A stretch of 37,480 bases of DNA from a virus (Duplodnaviria; Caudoviricetes): positions 1 through 37,480 of IMG/VR virus record IMGVR_UViG_3300031990_000005. One strand, given 5' to 3'. Shown here in pieces: positions 9,866-19,500 of this stretch; within the stretch, counting starts at the first letter, position 1; each line of letters starts with the position of its first letter. Position numbers and translations under genes: made by a program. Under the pieces are notes generated by a model. It was not told where the DNA came from. It saw nothing but the letters and a program-made list of their open reading frames with translations, and searched no databases.

Positions 9866-10068
9866 GCCTGTCCAGCCGATCCATCGCGCTGGCGGGGGTC
9901 GGCTTTGGCGCGCGCCACGTCACACTGCTGGGTCTCGTTCCGATCGACGGTACGCCGCCGGTCGATCGACCCGCGCGCGCCACGGGGTATTCGGGTCGCC
10001 AGGCACCGGTAGAAAGGCGAGACGTGCGGCGGCAAAACGAAGCGATATTGCTGGTCTTGCTGCACTGA
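9862..10068 (+). CDS. Hypothetical protein
   Basis: 68 aa, GTGA overlap with the previous stop; ends immediately before promoter motif copy 2. Confidence 0.55.
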   Translation: MSLSSRSIALAGVGFGARHVTLLGLVPIDGTPPVDRPARATGYSGRQAPVERRDVRRQNEAILLVLLH

Positions 10069-10114
10069 TGCCGAAAAGACACCGCAGCGCGAAACGACGC
10101 GACATTCCGACAAT
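10069..10114 (+). promoter_or_regulatory. Late-promoter-like motif, copy 2 (upstream of lysis genes)
   Basis: TGCCGAAA-N4-ACCGCAG-N21-GACAAT. Confidence 0.7.
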
Positions 10115-10147
10115 ACGGACCTGTTGCAACGACACCTGGACCCCAGC

Positions 10148-10414
10148 ATGCGCACTGAAGACGCCATTGACGCCGCCGGTGTCGCCATCACTGCGAAGGT
10201 CACGCAAGCGGGAGCCGGAGCAACCCTGTTGAGTTGGTTTCTGTCGTCCGAAGGCGGCATGTTTTTTGGCATCGCCATCGGACTGATCGGCCTGGCTGTC
10301 AACTTCTACTACCAGCACCGGCGCGACAAGCGCGAGCACGCCGAGCACCAGATGGTTGCGCTCGAACACCAGCGCCGAATGGACCAGATGGCCACCAAAC
10401 CAGGAGACTTGTGA
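10148..10414 (+). CDS. Holin-like membrane protein
   Basis: From ATG10148. Hydrophobic segments (GAGATLLSWFL; GMFFGIAIGLIGLAVNFYY) followed by a charged tail; upstream of the endolysin. Confidence 0.75.
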   Translation: MRTEDAIDAAGVAITAKVTQAGAGATLLSWFLSSEGGMFFGIAIGLIGLAVNFYYQHRRDKREHAEHQMVALEHQRRMDQMATKPGDL

Positions 10415-10617
10415 TGGAGTTCCTGAATCGCGTCCTGAACGCACAACTCACAGTCACCCTACTCGCCGGGCTCGCAGCGACGATTCTGCGGGTGCAAGAC
10501 CTGATCCCGCCCGACACCTGGCGCGACGTGACCAACACCGGCCTGCTGGCGTTTGTCGGTGGCGGGCTTTTGAAAGAGGGTCTGGTAGCCCTGGCCAACA
10601 AGGGGTCTGCGCAATGA
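10414..10617 (+). CDS. Second small two-TM protein (holin/antiholin candidate)
   Basis: 67 aa from ATG10414, SD CAGGAG, TGATG overlap. Two hydrophobic segments. Confidence 0.6.
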   Translation: MEFLNRVLNAQLTVTLLAGLAATILRVQDLIPPDTWRDVTNTGLLAFVGGGLLKEGLVALANKGSAQ

Positions 10618-10658
10618 TGTTCTGTCTCCTGTGGCCCTATCTTTGGTGGCGGCTCTGA
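10614..10658 (+). CDS. Micro-ORF MMFCLLWPYLWWRL (14 aa)
   Basis: ATGA overlap with the upstream stop, TGATG overlap with the endolysin start, purine-rich AAGGGG upstream. Confidence 0.5.
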   Translation: MMFCLLWPYLWWRL

Positions 10659-11188
10659 TGAACAAGACCCGCATATCCATAGCCCTGCTGTCACTCAGCG
10701 CCGCCGCGTTTGTCGCCCGTGTCTCCCACGAGGGGTACACCGACACAGCCATCATCCCGACCAAGGGTGACGTGCCGACTGTCGGGTTCGGATCCACCGT
10801 CAGGGAAGACGGAACCAAAGTGTCCCTGGCCGACCGGACCGACCCCGTGTCGGCACTGCAACGCGCGCTGGTGCACATCGAACGCGACGGGGTGCACATC
10901 CAGAAGTGCATCGGCCCGGACGTCCCGCTGTACCAGGCGGAATACGACGTCTATGCAGAGCTCGCATACAACATCGGCACAGCCAACTTCTGCGTCAACA
11001 AGAAAACCGGCGGCCCCGCGGTGATACCACGGCATCTGCGCGCCGGCGACTATCGCGGCGCGTGCGACGCCATCCTGCAGTACAAATTTGCCGCCGGCTA
11101 TGACTGTTCAACCCCCGGCAACAAGCGCTGCAGCGGGGTTTGGAAAGACCGCTTGCGCTTGCACGCCAAGTGCATCGCCGCACAGTGA
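10658..11188 (+). CDS. SAR-type endolysin, GH24 lysozyme family
   Basis: N-terminal weakly hydrophobic Ala/Ser-rich segment, then HEGY...GDVPTVGFGST (E-D-T triad) and LAYNIGTANFC. Confidence 0.9.
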   Translation: MNKTRISIALLSLSAAAFVARVSHEGYTDTAIIPTKGDVPTVGFGSTVREDGTKVSLADRTDPVSALQRALVHIERDGVHIQKCIGPDVPLYQAEYDVYAELAYNIGTANFCVNKKTGGPAVIPRHLRAGDYRGACDAILQYKFAAGYDCSTPGNKRCSGVWKDRLRLHAKCIAAQ

Positions 11189-11283
11189 GCACCCCGGAGT
11201 CGAGATCCCAAGTCACGGCACTCGACGTGCCCCGATACCCCAACCCCGGATGCTGCAGGTCTGACCCCGCAGGCAGTTTCGCT

Positions 11284-11329
11284 TTCCGAAATTTAACCGC
11301 AGCACATTTTAGCATCTGCCAAACACAAT
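11284..11329 (+). promoter_or_regulatory. Late-promoter-like motif, copy 3 (upstream of protease/capsid)
   Basis: TTCCGAAA-N4-ACCGCAG-N21-CACAAT. Confidence 0.7.
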
Positions 11330-11355
11330 TCGTCCATTCTGAAAAGGACTGCTCG

Positions 11356-12453
11356 ATGCGACCTTGTTTTAACTTCACAGCACGCGCCGGCGACAAGCCT
11401 GCGGTGCTCGCGCTCGACGAAGAGATTGGTTTCTGGGGAACCCAGGCCAAAGACTTCCGTGCGGCGCTCGATGCTGTCGATGGCGATCTCGTGGTCGAAA
11501 TCAACTCCCCTGGTGGCGAAGTCATGGCCGGTCTCGGCATGTACAACATGCTGCGCGCACGTGCAGCCGCCGGCACCAACATCACGACGCGCGTCACCGG
11601 TGTGGCCGCGAGCATCGCCAGCGTGATTGCCTTGGCCGGCGACAAGCGCGAGATGCCGAAAAACGCTTTCGCCATGACGCACGGCGTCAGCGGCATGGCC
11701 TGGGGCACCGAAGATGTTCTGCGCGACCAAGCGGATGCCGTCGGCAAGATGAACGCCTCGATCCGCAGCATCTACATGGATCGCATGGGCGTGGACGAGG
11801 CCAAAGCCGCCGAGTTGATGTCGAAGGACACCTGGCTCAGCGGCGAAGAGTGCCTGGACCTCGGTTTCGCGACAGCACTGACCGATGCGGTCGAGGCCAC
11901 GGCCAAGTTCGATATGGACCGCGCGGATCTGCCCGAGAACGTCCGCTCGGTGTTCAAGGCCAAGGTCGAACTCGACGACGAAGCGGCAGCAAAAGCTGCT
12001 GCAGACGCTGCCGAAGCCAAACGGTTGGCGGACGAAGCCGAAGCCGCCCGCCTGGCCGCCGAAGCTGCTGCAGTACCGGACACCCCTGTGGCCGAGCAGA
12101 TCGTGACTGAAGCCAAGGCCGCCGGTTTCGAGGCGCACGCGGCGTTCTTCGCCGTGAACTTCACCTCGCTCGCCGAAGCAAAGGCCCGCCTCGGCGTGGC
12201 CCGAGAGATCAATGCGCTGTGCAGCATCGCCGGCAAGCCCGAGATGGCAGCCAAGGCGATCCGGGGCGGCAAGTCAGTTGCAGACATCCGTACCGATCTC
12301 GTCAACGCCCTCGCGGCCGAGGACGAACGGGTCGACAACAAGCAGCCTACACCGAATGGTCCGACGGCCCGGGACAACGCGAAGCCCGCCGACGTCAACC
12401 CGACCGCAATCTGGGCTTCGCACAACTCGCAGCAAAACCTGAAAGGACGCTGA
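11356..12453 (+). CDS. Prohead (head maturation) protease, ClpP-like, with C-terminal scaffold region
   Basis: From ATG11356 with SD AAAGGA. INSPGG, GVAASIASVIALAGD, MTHG and DTWLSGEECLDLGFA motifs; Ala/Glu-rich tail. Confidence 0.92.
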   Translation: MRPCFNFTARAGDKPAVLALDEEIGFWGTQAKDFRAALDAVDGDLVVEINSPGGEVMAGLGMYNMLRARAAAGTNITTRVTGVAASIASVIALAGDKREMPKNAFAMTHGVSGMAWGTEDVLRDQADAVGKMNASIRSIYMDRMGVDEAKAAELMSKDTWLSGEECLDLGFATALTDAVEATAKFDMDRADLPENVRSVFKAKVELDDEAAAKAAADAAEAKRLADEAEAARLAAEAAAVPDTPVAEQIVTEAKAAGFEAHAAFFAVNFTSLAEAKARLGVAREINALCSIAGKPEMAAKAIRGGKSVADIRTDLVNALAAEDERVDNKQPTPNGPTARDNAKPADVNPTAIWASHNSQQNLKGR

Positions 12454-12454
12454 A

Positions 12455-13090
12455 ATGGCTCTCTACTCCAACCCGCCCCTGGCCGACTTCGTCTTGTCCG
12501 AGGCCGAAGGCCAACGCAGCCGTGACAACATCATGGTCATCCAGACTGGCGCGGCCGTTCCTTCGGGCACGGTGCTGTCGGTCAAGACCGCCGGTGTCGG
12601 CGAGTTCGCCCACGACGAAGCTGCTGTCGGCAACTCGACCATCGGCGCGATCACTGTCGGCGCCGCGGCCAAGTTCGGCATCTACACCGGCGAGTTCACG
12701 TCCGCTACGGTGGCCGCACTGACGGACCCGAGCGGCGCAGCGGTGGCGAACGTGACGCTCGGCGTTGCCTTCAACACCGGCGGTCTGACTTTCACCATGA
12801 CGGCCGGTGCCACCGCGCACGTGGCTGGTGACGTGTTCAACCTGGACATCACCCCCGCAGCGCTGACCTACGCCCCCGCCGCCGGTGCCGACAGCCAAGA
12901 CGCCGTCCTCTACAGCGCCCTGCCCGCACAGACCGGCAACTTCGAGGCTGTCGGTTTCACCGGTGACTGCGAGGTCAAGCGCAGCGCGCTGGTCGGCCTG
13001 TCCGCCGCCGGCGAGATCACCCTGGCGGCCCGCGGCATCAAGGTGCGCGGCAAGCAGGGCATCCCGGGCATCTCCACTCCGGCTCTCTGA
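12455..13090 (+). CDS. Head decoration protein (gpD-like with inserted domain)
   Basis: FVLSEAEGQRSRDNI...GTVL start and LAARGIKVR end; located between protease and capsid. Confidence 0.8.
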   Translation: MALYSNPPLADFVLSEAEGQRSRDNIMVIQTGAAVPSGTVLSVKTAGVGEFAHDEAAVGNSTIGAITVGAAAKFGIYTGEFTSATVAALTDPSGAAVANVTLGVAFNTGGLTFTMTAGATAHVAGDVFNLDITPAALTYAPAAGADSQDAVLYSALPAQTGNFEAVGFTGDCEVKRSALVGLSAAGEITLAARGIKVRGKQGIPGISTPAL

Positions 13091-13124
13091 GCCTTTTCAA
13101 CAAGCAACTCAGGAGCATAAGCAA

Positions 13125-14135
13125 ATGGCAACCCTCGACATTTTCAACAACGATGCTTTCAGCGTGTCCCGTCTGACGCAGCTGATCGTTGACATCCCCC
13201 GCGTGCCCACCCAACTGGGGGACGAGCGCCTGTTCACCGAAGCCGGTCTGACGACCACCACGATGATGATCGAGCGCTCCGGCTCCGGTCTGAATCTGGT
13301 CCCGTCTGCGCCCCGCGGCGGTGTTGGCCAGACCGTCGGCCGTGATCGTCGCAAGATGATCCCGATCGCCGCCACACACCTGCCCCAGCGGGACACCATC
13401 ATGGCCGATGAAGTGCAAGGCGTGCGCGCCGCAGGCACCGAAGCGGAAGTCGAGTCGGTCACCGCGCTGGTGACCCGTCAGGCGACCCGTATGAAGTCCA
13501 ACCTGGACCTGACGCTGGAATATCACCGCGTCGGTGCCCTGAAGGGCCTCGTCCTGGATGCCAACGGTGTGGACGTCATCTATGACCTCTACAGCATCTT
13601 CGGCATGACCCGCGAGACGCTGGGCTTCAACATCAACACCGCCAACACCGCTGTCGACCTGAAGCAGAAGTGTGTGGACCTGAAGCGCAAAATCCAGGTG
13701 AAACTGGGCGGCCGCAGCTTCCGTCGCGTGCGCGTCAAGTGCTCGGAGTCCTGGTTCGACAAGTTCGTCGGCCACGACAAGATGAAGGCCGCGTTCGACA
13801 CCTTCCAGGGCAACTCGTTCCTGCGCACCGACCAGTCCACCAGCGACTTTGAAATCTACGGTGTGGTGTTCCAGGTGTACGCAGACGGCACCAGCGGTGG
13901 CGACTTCATCCAGGCCGACCGTGCCTACGCATACCCCGAAGGCGTGCCCGGCATGTTCCAGACCTGGTACGCCCCGGGCGACTACATGTCGACCGTGAAC
14001 ACCATGGGCGTGCCGTACTACATGTCGCAGGAGCGCATGAAGCACGACAAGGGCGTGGAACTGGAGTCGCAGTCGAACCCGATCACGATCAACACGCTGC
14101 CCGAGGCTGTGATCGAGCTCAAGACCGCCTCGTAA
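13125..14135 (+). CDS. Major capsid protein, lambda gpE-like
   Basis: From ATG13125 with SD AGGAG. DIFNNDAFS, TLEYHRVGALKG, GVELESQSNP motifs; 336 aa. Confidence 0.92.
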   Translation: MATLDIFNNDAFSVSRLTQLIVDIPRVPTQLGDERLFTEAGLTTTTMMIERSGSGLNLVPSAPRGGVGQTVGRDRRKMIPIAATHLPQRDTIMADEVQGVRAAGTEAEVESVTALVTRQATRMKSNLDLTLEYHRVGALKGLVLDANGVDVIYDLYSIFGMTRETLGFNINTANTAVDLKQKCVDLKRKIQVKLGGRSFRRVRVKCSESWFDKFVGHDKMKAAFDTFQGNSFLRTDQSTSDFEIYGVVFQVYADGTSGGDFIQADRAYAYPEGVPGMFQTWYAPGDYMSTVNTMGVPYYMSQERMKHDKGVELESQSNPITINTLPEAVIELKTAS

Positions 14136-14148
14136 GCGACACGCTGCC

Positions 14149-14457
14149 ATGCTGGACTTGTTCAGCGACGCAGCCGAAGGCATCCTCGACCTGATTGGCG
14201 AGGATGCCTTTTTAGCTGGCGCGCTCACCCCCATCAAAATCAACGTTGAGCACGGTGTGCAGCTGACGGGGATCGGCGGCGATCAGGCGCAGTACAAAGG
14301 CGACCTGGTGGCCAACCGCGACGTGGCGACGATCCACTCGCGCCACAATCCAATCTCAGGCCAGACCTTCGTGATGGGTGGCGCAACGTACCGCCTGGAG
14401 TTCATGGTCGAAGACACCGGTACGTCTCAGCGCTTCGTGGTGCTGAAGGTGACCTGA
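14149..14457 (+). CDS. Head-tail joining/closure protein (gpFII-like)
   Basis: 102 aa, beta-rich, directly after the capsid gene; assignment by synteny. Confidence 0.6.
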   Translation: MLDLFSDAAEGILDLIGEDAFLAGALTPIKINVEHGVQLTGIGGDQAQYKGDLVANRDVATIHSRHNPISGQTFVMGGATYRLEFMVEDTGTSQRFVVLKVT

Positions 14458-15116
14458 TGGCACGCGGCGGCCGTCGTGGCATATTCCGTGAAGTTGTCGC
14501 CATCGACATATCGGCTCTGTTGGACGTGGCCGATGACCTGTCGCGCATAGAACCTGGCAAACTCCGCGACGCCGCGGCTTCGGCACTCAACGCAGTGGCC
14601 GCACGAACCTTCGACACCGCACGAGATCGGATAACGGCAGGCGTAAACCTGACAGATGACTACCTACAGCGCCGGATGGAGGTGGTTAAGGCGGACAAGC
14701 TCGGCTTGCATGCGGACATCATCGCGCGAGGCGATACGTCCGAGTTGACTCGACTGGCGACATACGACGCCAAGATGGTCATCGTGCCACGCGACACCAC
14801 CGGTCGCAACCGCAACCGTGGCGTGCTAGGCGTCCCGAAGGGGCTGAAGCAGCAGGGCGTAAACGTGACCGTGATGCGCGGCAGTGAGAAGACCCTGGAC
14901 ACAGGCTTTCTGCTGCGGTTGCGCCAAGGCAGCCGTCAAGGTGACAAGTTCGGGGTGTTTTTGCGCGACGGCAAGCGGCTGAAACACCTGTTCGGGCCGT
15001 CTGTCTATCAACTGTTCGCCTGGCAAGTCCCGCGGCTCGTCGGTGAAGTTGCCGATGACCTCGAAAAAACCCTGATCGACCGCGTGGCCGAGCAGATGAA
15101 AGGTATCCTGACATGA
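14457..15116 (+). CDS. Neck/minor tail protein (gpZ-like)
   Basis: Basic 219-aa protein with ASALNAVA and LKHLFGPSVYQLF patterns; synteny. Confidence 0.7.
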   Translation: MARGGRRGIFREVVAIDISALLDVADDLSRIEPGKLRDAAASALNAVAARTFDTARDRITAGVNLTDDYLQRRMEVVKADKLGLHADIIARGDTSELTRLATYDAKMVIVPRDTTGRNRNRGVLGVPKGLKQQGVNVTVMRGSEKTLDTGFLLRLRQGSRQGDKFGVFLRDGKRLKHLFGPSVYQLFAWQVPRLVGEVADDLEKTLIDRVAEQMKGILT

Positions 15117-15601
15117 GCCAAGTATTCACCCGGGCGCGCGACGTCGCGCTGCATATCGACGGGCTGCTGAAGACCATCACCAAGGCCAACGGTTACGAGA
15201 CCGACATTGGACTGAAGGTGTTCCGCGGCAAGCGCAAGGTCGACGACCGCTCGGTGCCCTGCGCGGTGCTGCTGGAGGGGGACGACAGCGTCGGGAACAC
15301 GCAAGGCGACGCCGGCCAGGTGGTCACACAGTCCTACGTCCTGGGCGGCTACGCGCCGTGCGACATCGACAACCCGAACGACACCGCGCACCAGATCATC
15401 TCGGACCTGAAGAAAGCCGTGTTCCGTCGTGTCGACCTGACCAAGGCCGAGACGATCCAGGGAACGACGACTTTCGGTGGGCGGGTGAAGAACGTGGTCT
15501 ACGCCGGACGCAACATCGGCCCCATGGGCGACAGTTCGGCAGTGGTGTTCGGCGTGATCCACATCGACGTCACGTTCGTCGAGCAGCTGCACGCCGCCTA
15601 A
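15113..15601 (+). CDS. Tail terminator/completion protein
   Basis: 162 aa, LKTITKANGYETDIG motif; directly before the tail tube gene. Confidence 0.65.
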   Translation: MSQVFTRARDVALHIDGLLKTITKANGYETDIGLKVFRGKRKVDDRSVPCAVLLEGDDSVGNTQGDAGQVVTQSYVLGGYAPCDIDNPNDTAHQIISDLKKAVFRRVDLTKAETIQGTTTFGGRVKNVVYAGRNIGPMGDSSAVVFGVIHIDVTFVEQLHAA

Positions 15602-15605
15602 GCAT

Positions 15606-15651
15606 TTGCGAAATTCCACCGCAGCGTGAAATTTAGCGGCGCTGCGACACT
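15606..15651 (+). promoter_or_regulatory. Late-promoter-like motif, copy 4 (upstream of tail tube)
   Basis: TTGCGAAA-N4-ACCGCAG-N21-GACACT. Confidence 0.7.
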
Positions 15652-15705
15652 CCGTTGGCATTCAGCGTGCGGCCGTTTCCGCACGGAACCATCAGGAGTT
15701 TCAAC

Positions 15706-16464
15706 ATGGCAGCACGCAGCTTTCTCGGCGCCGGCGACATCTACATCAACCGCATGGTGGATGGTGTCAAGCAAGGCATGATCGGCCCCATCAAGGCCAA
15801 CAAGCTGGAGATCCAGCCGCAGGTGGACACCAAGCAGTCCACCTCCAAAGGCCGGTACGACTACGGCCAGGTGCTGGAGTCCGTCAACCTGGCCCAGCCC
15901 ACCGAGTTCTCGCTGGAACTGAAAGAGGTCACCGGCGACATCCTCGTGATGGCGTTCCTCGGCACCTCGTCGGCCCTGAACCAAGTCTCCGGCTCGCTGG
16001 CCGACTTCCCGGTCACCGTGACCAAAAAGGGCTCGTGGCTGCCGCTGGGCAAGAAAAACCTCGAAGCCCTGATTGCTGTCGAGAACGTCGGCGGGACGGT
16101 GACCTACGTCGAAGGCGTGGACTACGAACTGAACCGCCCGCTCGGCTGGATCCGTATCCTGCCGACCAGCGTCATCGCAGTCGCCGCAGTGGTGAATGTC
16201 ACCGGTGGCTACGACGCTGCGACGGGCACTGTGATCGCAGGCTCGACCCGCACCGAAGTGCGCGCCGAGATTGTGTTCGACGGCATCAACCAGGCGGACG
16301 GCACGCAAACCACGGTGGAAATCTGGGAAGCCGTCCTGTCTGCCGACAGCGCATTCGACTTCCTGGCCGACGACTTCGGCAACGTGTCGCTCACTGGCAA
16401 CCTGAAGACGCCTGTCGGCAAGTCGGCGCCCTACGCGGTCACCGTGCAAGACCCTGTGGCCTAA
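15706..16464 (+). CDS. Major tail (tube) protein
   Basis: From ATG15706 with SD AGGAG. SFLGAGDIYI start, FDFLADDFGNVSLTG end; precedes the tape measure gene. Confidence 0.85.
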   Translation: MAARSFLGAGDIYINRMVDGVKQGMIGPIKANKLEIQPQVDTKQSTSKGRYDYGQVLESVNLAQPTEFSLELKEVTGDILVMAFLGTSSALNQVSGSLADFPVTVTKKGSWLPLGKKNLEALIAVENVGGTVTYVEGVDYELNRPLGWIRILPTSVIAVAAVVNVTGGYDAATGTVIAGSTRTEVRAEIVFDGINQADGTQTTVEIWEAVLSADSAFDFLADDFGNVSLTGNLKTPVGKSAPYAVTVQDPVA

Positions 16465-16501
16465 GCGGTCCCGCACGTGGCGGGTCTACCACCCGCGATC
16501 G

Positions 16502-16539
16502 ACCCGCCACCGCTCCCCAGCGTGGCGGGTTTTGTCTTT
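16502..16539 (+). terminator. Rho-independent terminator with a competing upstream antiterminator arm
   Basis: ACCCGCCAC-C-GCT-CCCC-AGC-GTGGCGGGT followed by TTTGTCTTT. GTGGCGGGTC at 16477-16486 can pair with the 5' arm instead. Confidence 0.7.
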
Positions 16540-16551
16540 CAGGAATGAACT

Positions 16552-19500
16552 ATGGCGACCGGATCAACGCGTGACGTGAAGATGGTGCTGAGCGTCGAAT
16601 CGCTCGGCCAGGAAAACATCACCAAGCTGCAGCAGGCTCTGCGCGACCTCGCCGCCACCGGCGGGGCCGGAACTGCCGAGTTCGCCGAGCTCGCGGACCA
16701 GATTGGTCGCCTGGGCGATCAGGGTGCCGCGCTGCAGTCGTTCAAGTCGCTGAGCGCGGAGACGGACGCGCTGCGGGAGAAGCAAGCGGCCGCAGGCGCA
16801 CAGGCCGAAGCCCTGGCCTCGAAACTTGACCTCGCGCGCACCGCAGCAGACCGGGTCAAAGACTCGCAGGCCGCCGCGCGCCTGGCGCTGGTGGCGGGCG
16901 AGAAAGCCTACGTCGATGCCGGGAATGCCCTTCGATCACTGAAAGCCGAGTACGACAACGCCGGGAAACAGAGTGCTGAGTACCGGAGCAAGCTGCAGTC
17001 GTTGGTTGCCCAGCAGGGTGTCGCACGCACCGCGCTGGTCGACCTGAAAGAGGCCAACCGCCAGGCCAATATCGAAGTCTCGGCGGCTGTTGGGGCGCAG
17101 AGCAAGGCCGAGGCCGCCTACAAGCGCGCGGCCGCGCAGTACGACGCCGCAGGCAGCGCGGTCGAGAAACAGGTTGTCGCATTCAAACAGGCGGGCAACG
17201 CCGCGCAGGAGCTCGGTGTCGACGTCACGGACCTGGCGCTGGCCGAATCCAAGTTGCTGGCGACATTTTCAGCAGGCACGACAACGCTGGAGACCCGCCG
17301 GCAGGCCGTGGCTGAGATGGCAGAAGCCGACCGGCTCGCCGCCATTGAGTCGCGCACCCTGGCCGATGTCTACAAGCGCGGTGAAGCGGCGCTGCAGGCA
17401 GAGACACTGGCGCAGCGCGACGCCGAGCGCGCGGTGCAGGCGTACACCGCCGCCAAAAACAAAGCGACGGCAGATGCAGCCGCATGGCAGCAGGAGGCGG
17501 ACGATATCGTCGCCATGGCCGAGGCACAGCAGCGCGCTCGTGCCGAGACCGAGCGCCTGGTCGCCAGCCTGAACGAACTGAACAGTGTCGCTGCGTTCGA
17601 GAAGCAGGCGCGCGAAGCACAGAAGATGGTGCAGGCGGTCAGCTACGTCAGGTTCTGGGAACAGGCGCTCGACGACGCTGACCGTAAGCAGAACGAACTG
17701 GCTGCCGGCGCGGCCAAGCTGAACGCAGCGTTCCAGCAGATCGACAGCCGTTCGATCGAGCAGGTAAAGGCCGAGATCGACCAGACTACCGCAGCGATGC
17801 GAGACCTCGCTGATTCCGGCCGCCTGACCGGTGGCGTGCTTGCGGTGGCTATGGAGCGTGGTCAGGCGAAGATCAACGCGCTGCAGCGTGAGGCACGCGA
17901 GTTGGCCGGGTCGTTGACGCTGGCCGACCGGGCCGCAGGTCTGCTGAAAAATTCGCTCGGCCAGATCGCGCTCGGCAACATCATCGCCGACGGCGTCGGC
18001 TACATGGTGGAGAAGGTCAAGGAACTCGGTCGCGCCTTCATTGCCGTGACCCTACAGACCGAGTCTGCCCGCAAGGCGCTGACCGCCATCTACAAAGACG
18101 CAGGAACCGCCGGCGCACAGATGGTGTTCCTGCGCAGCACGGCTATCGGTGCCGGCGTGTCGATCGCCAAGATCACCGACGACTTCGTGAAGTTCTCGGC
18201 GGCCACCAAGGGTGCCAACATCCCCGTCGAGCAGAGCAATGCGCTCTTCCAATCACTGACCCGCGCGGCGTCATCGCTCGGTCTCGGAGCCGAGAAGACC
18301 AGCCTGGCGCTGAACGCACTTGGCCAGATCGCCTCAAAAGGGGTGGTCTCGATGGAAGAGCTCAGGCAGCAACTTGGGGACGCCGTTCCAGGGGCGCTGT
18401 CGCTGACGGCCAAGGGCCTGAACATCACCGACGGCGAGTTGATCAAGCTCGTCGAGAGCGGTCAGCTTGCAGCGCGCGACTTTTTCCCGGCCTTCACCGA
18501 AGGGTTGAAGACGATGCAGGGCGAGACCGACGGGGTACGCCAGACGTGGGAGCGCTTCAAAAACGTGCTCACACTCGGTGCCGTCGCGTCAGAAGCCAAC
18601 GGCAGCATCTCACTCCTGGCAGGCGCGTTCAAAGTCCTCGGTGGTACGGTCACCACGATCGTCATCGGACTCTCGGTCCTACAAGAGGGTCTGCTGGCCG
18701 CCGGTCGCGCCGCGTTGCTGTTCTACGAGACGCTGCGCGGCAACGGCAAAGAGGCGTTCGGATTCTTCATCGAAGAATCCGACAAGATGGTCGGGCGCCT
18801 GACGGAGCAAGCCAACGCATTCAACGCCATGCTCGACCCGAGCAAAGAAAACCTGGCGCGGCTGGAAGCCACGGCGGCGGCCAATGCGAAGGTCGCGGGC
18901 ACAACCGCAGGCGTCACGACGGCACTGCAGGTCAACACAGCCGCGCTCGCGGCCAACGCCACGCAGGCCGCCCGGACCGAAGCCGGCGCGCTGGCCTTGG
19001 CCAAAGCCAATTCGATCACACAGAGCTCCGCGCTTGGGCTGGCCGAGCAATGGGTGAAGCTGAACGTGGAGATGGTCAAGCTGGCCAGTCAACAAGAGGC
19101 CAACGTCGTCGTTTCCGAGAAGCTGGCCAAGGCCGCCGAGCTCGAAGGCGTGGCTGCGGTGCGCCTGGCCAAGCTCAAAGGCGACGAAGTTGGGGTGCTG
19201 CAGGCAAATGCAGAGGCGGCCACGCGCAACAGCGAGGCGCTCGCCCGCGTGGCTTTGGCGCGCGAGTCGGAGTCTGCGGTGCTCCGGGTCCAGGCATCCG
19301 AGATGGTCAAGCTCGCCATCGCACAGGACGGATCCACGGCAAGTCGCGCGGCCGAGATCAAGGCCATCACCGACAAGGTTGAAAAGCTCGACGCCGAGGC
19401 ACAGGCGGCGCGCAACGCGGCCGAGGCGGCGCGCATCGAGTCAAAAGAGCGCGAGTTGTCGGTCAAGCTCTACGAAGACAACAGTGCGGCGGTCGGCAAA

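Noticed and set aside
11189-11283. Short hairpins after the endolysin (for example GGCAC-TCGAC-GTGCC)
   Set aside because: The stems are short in GC-rich DNA and lack a U-tract, so they cannot be distinguished from chance.
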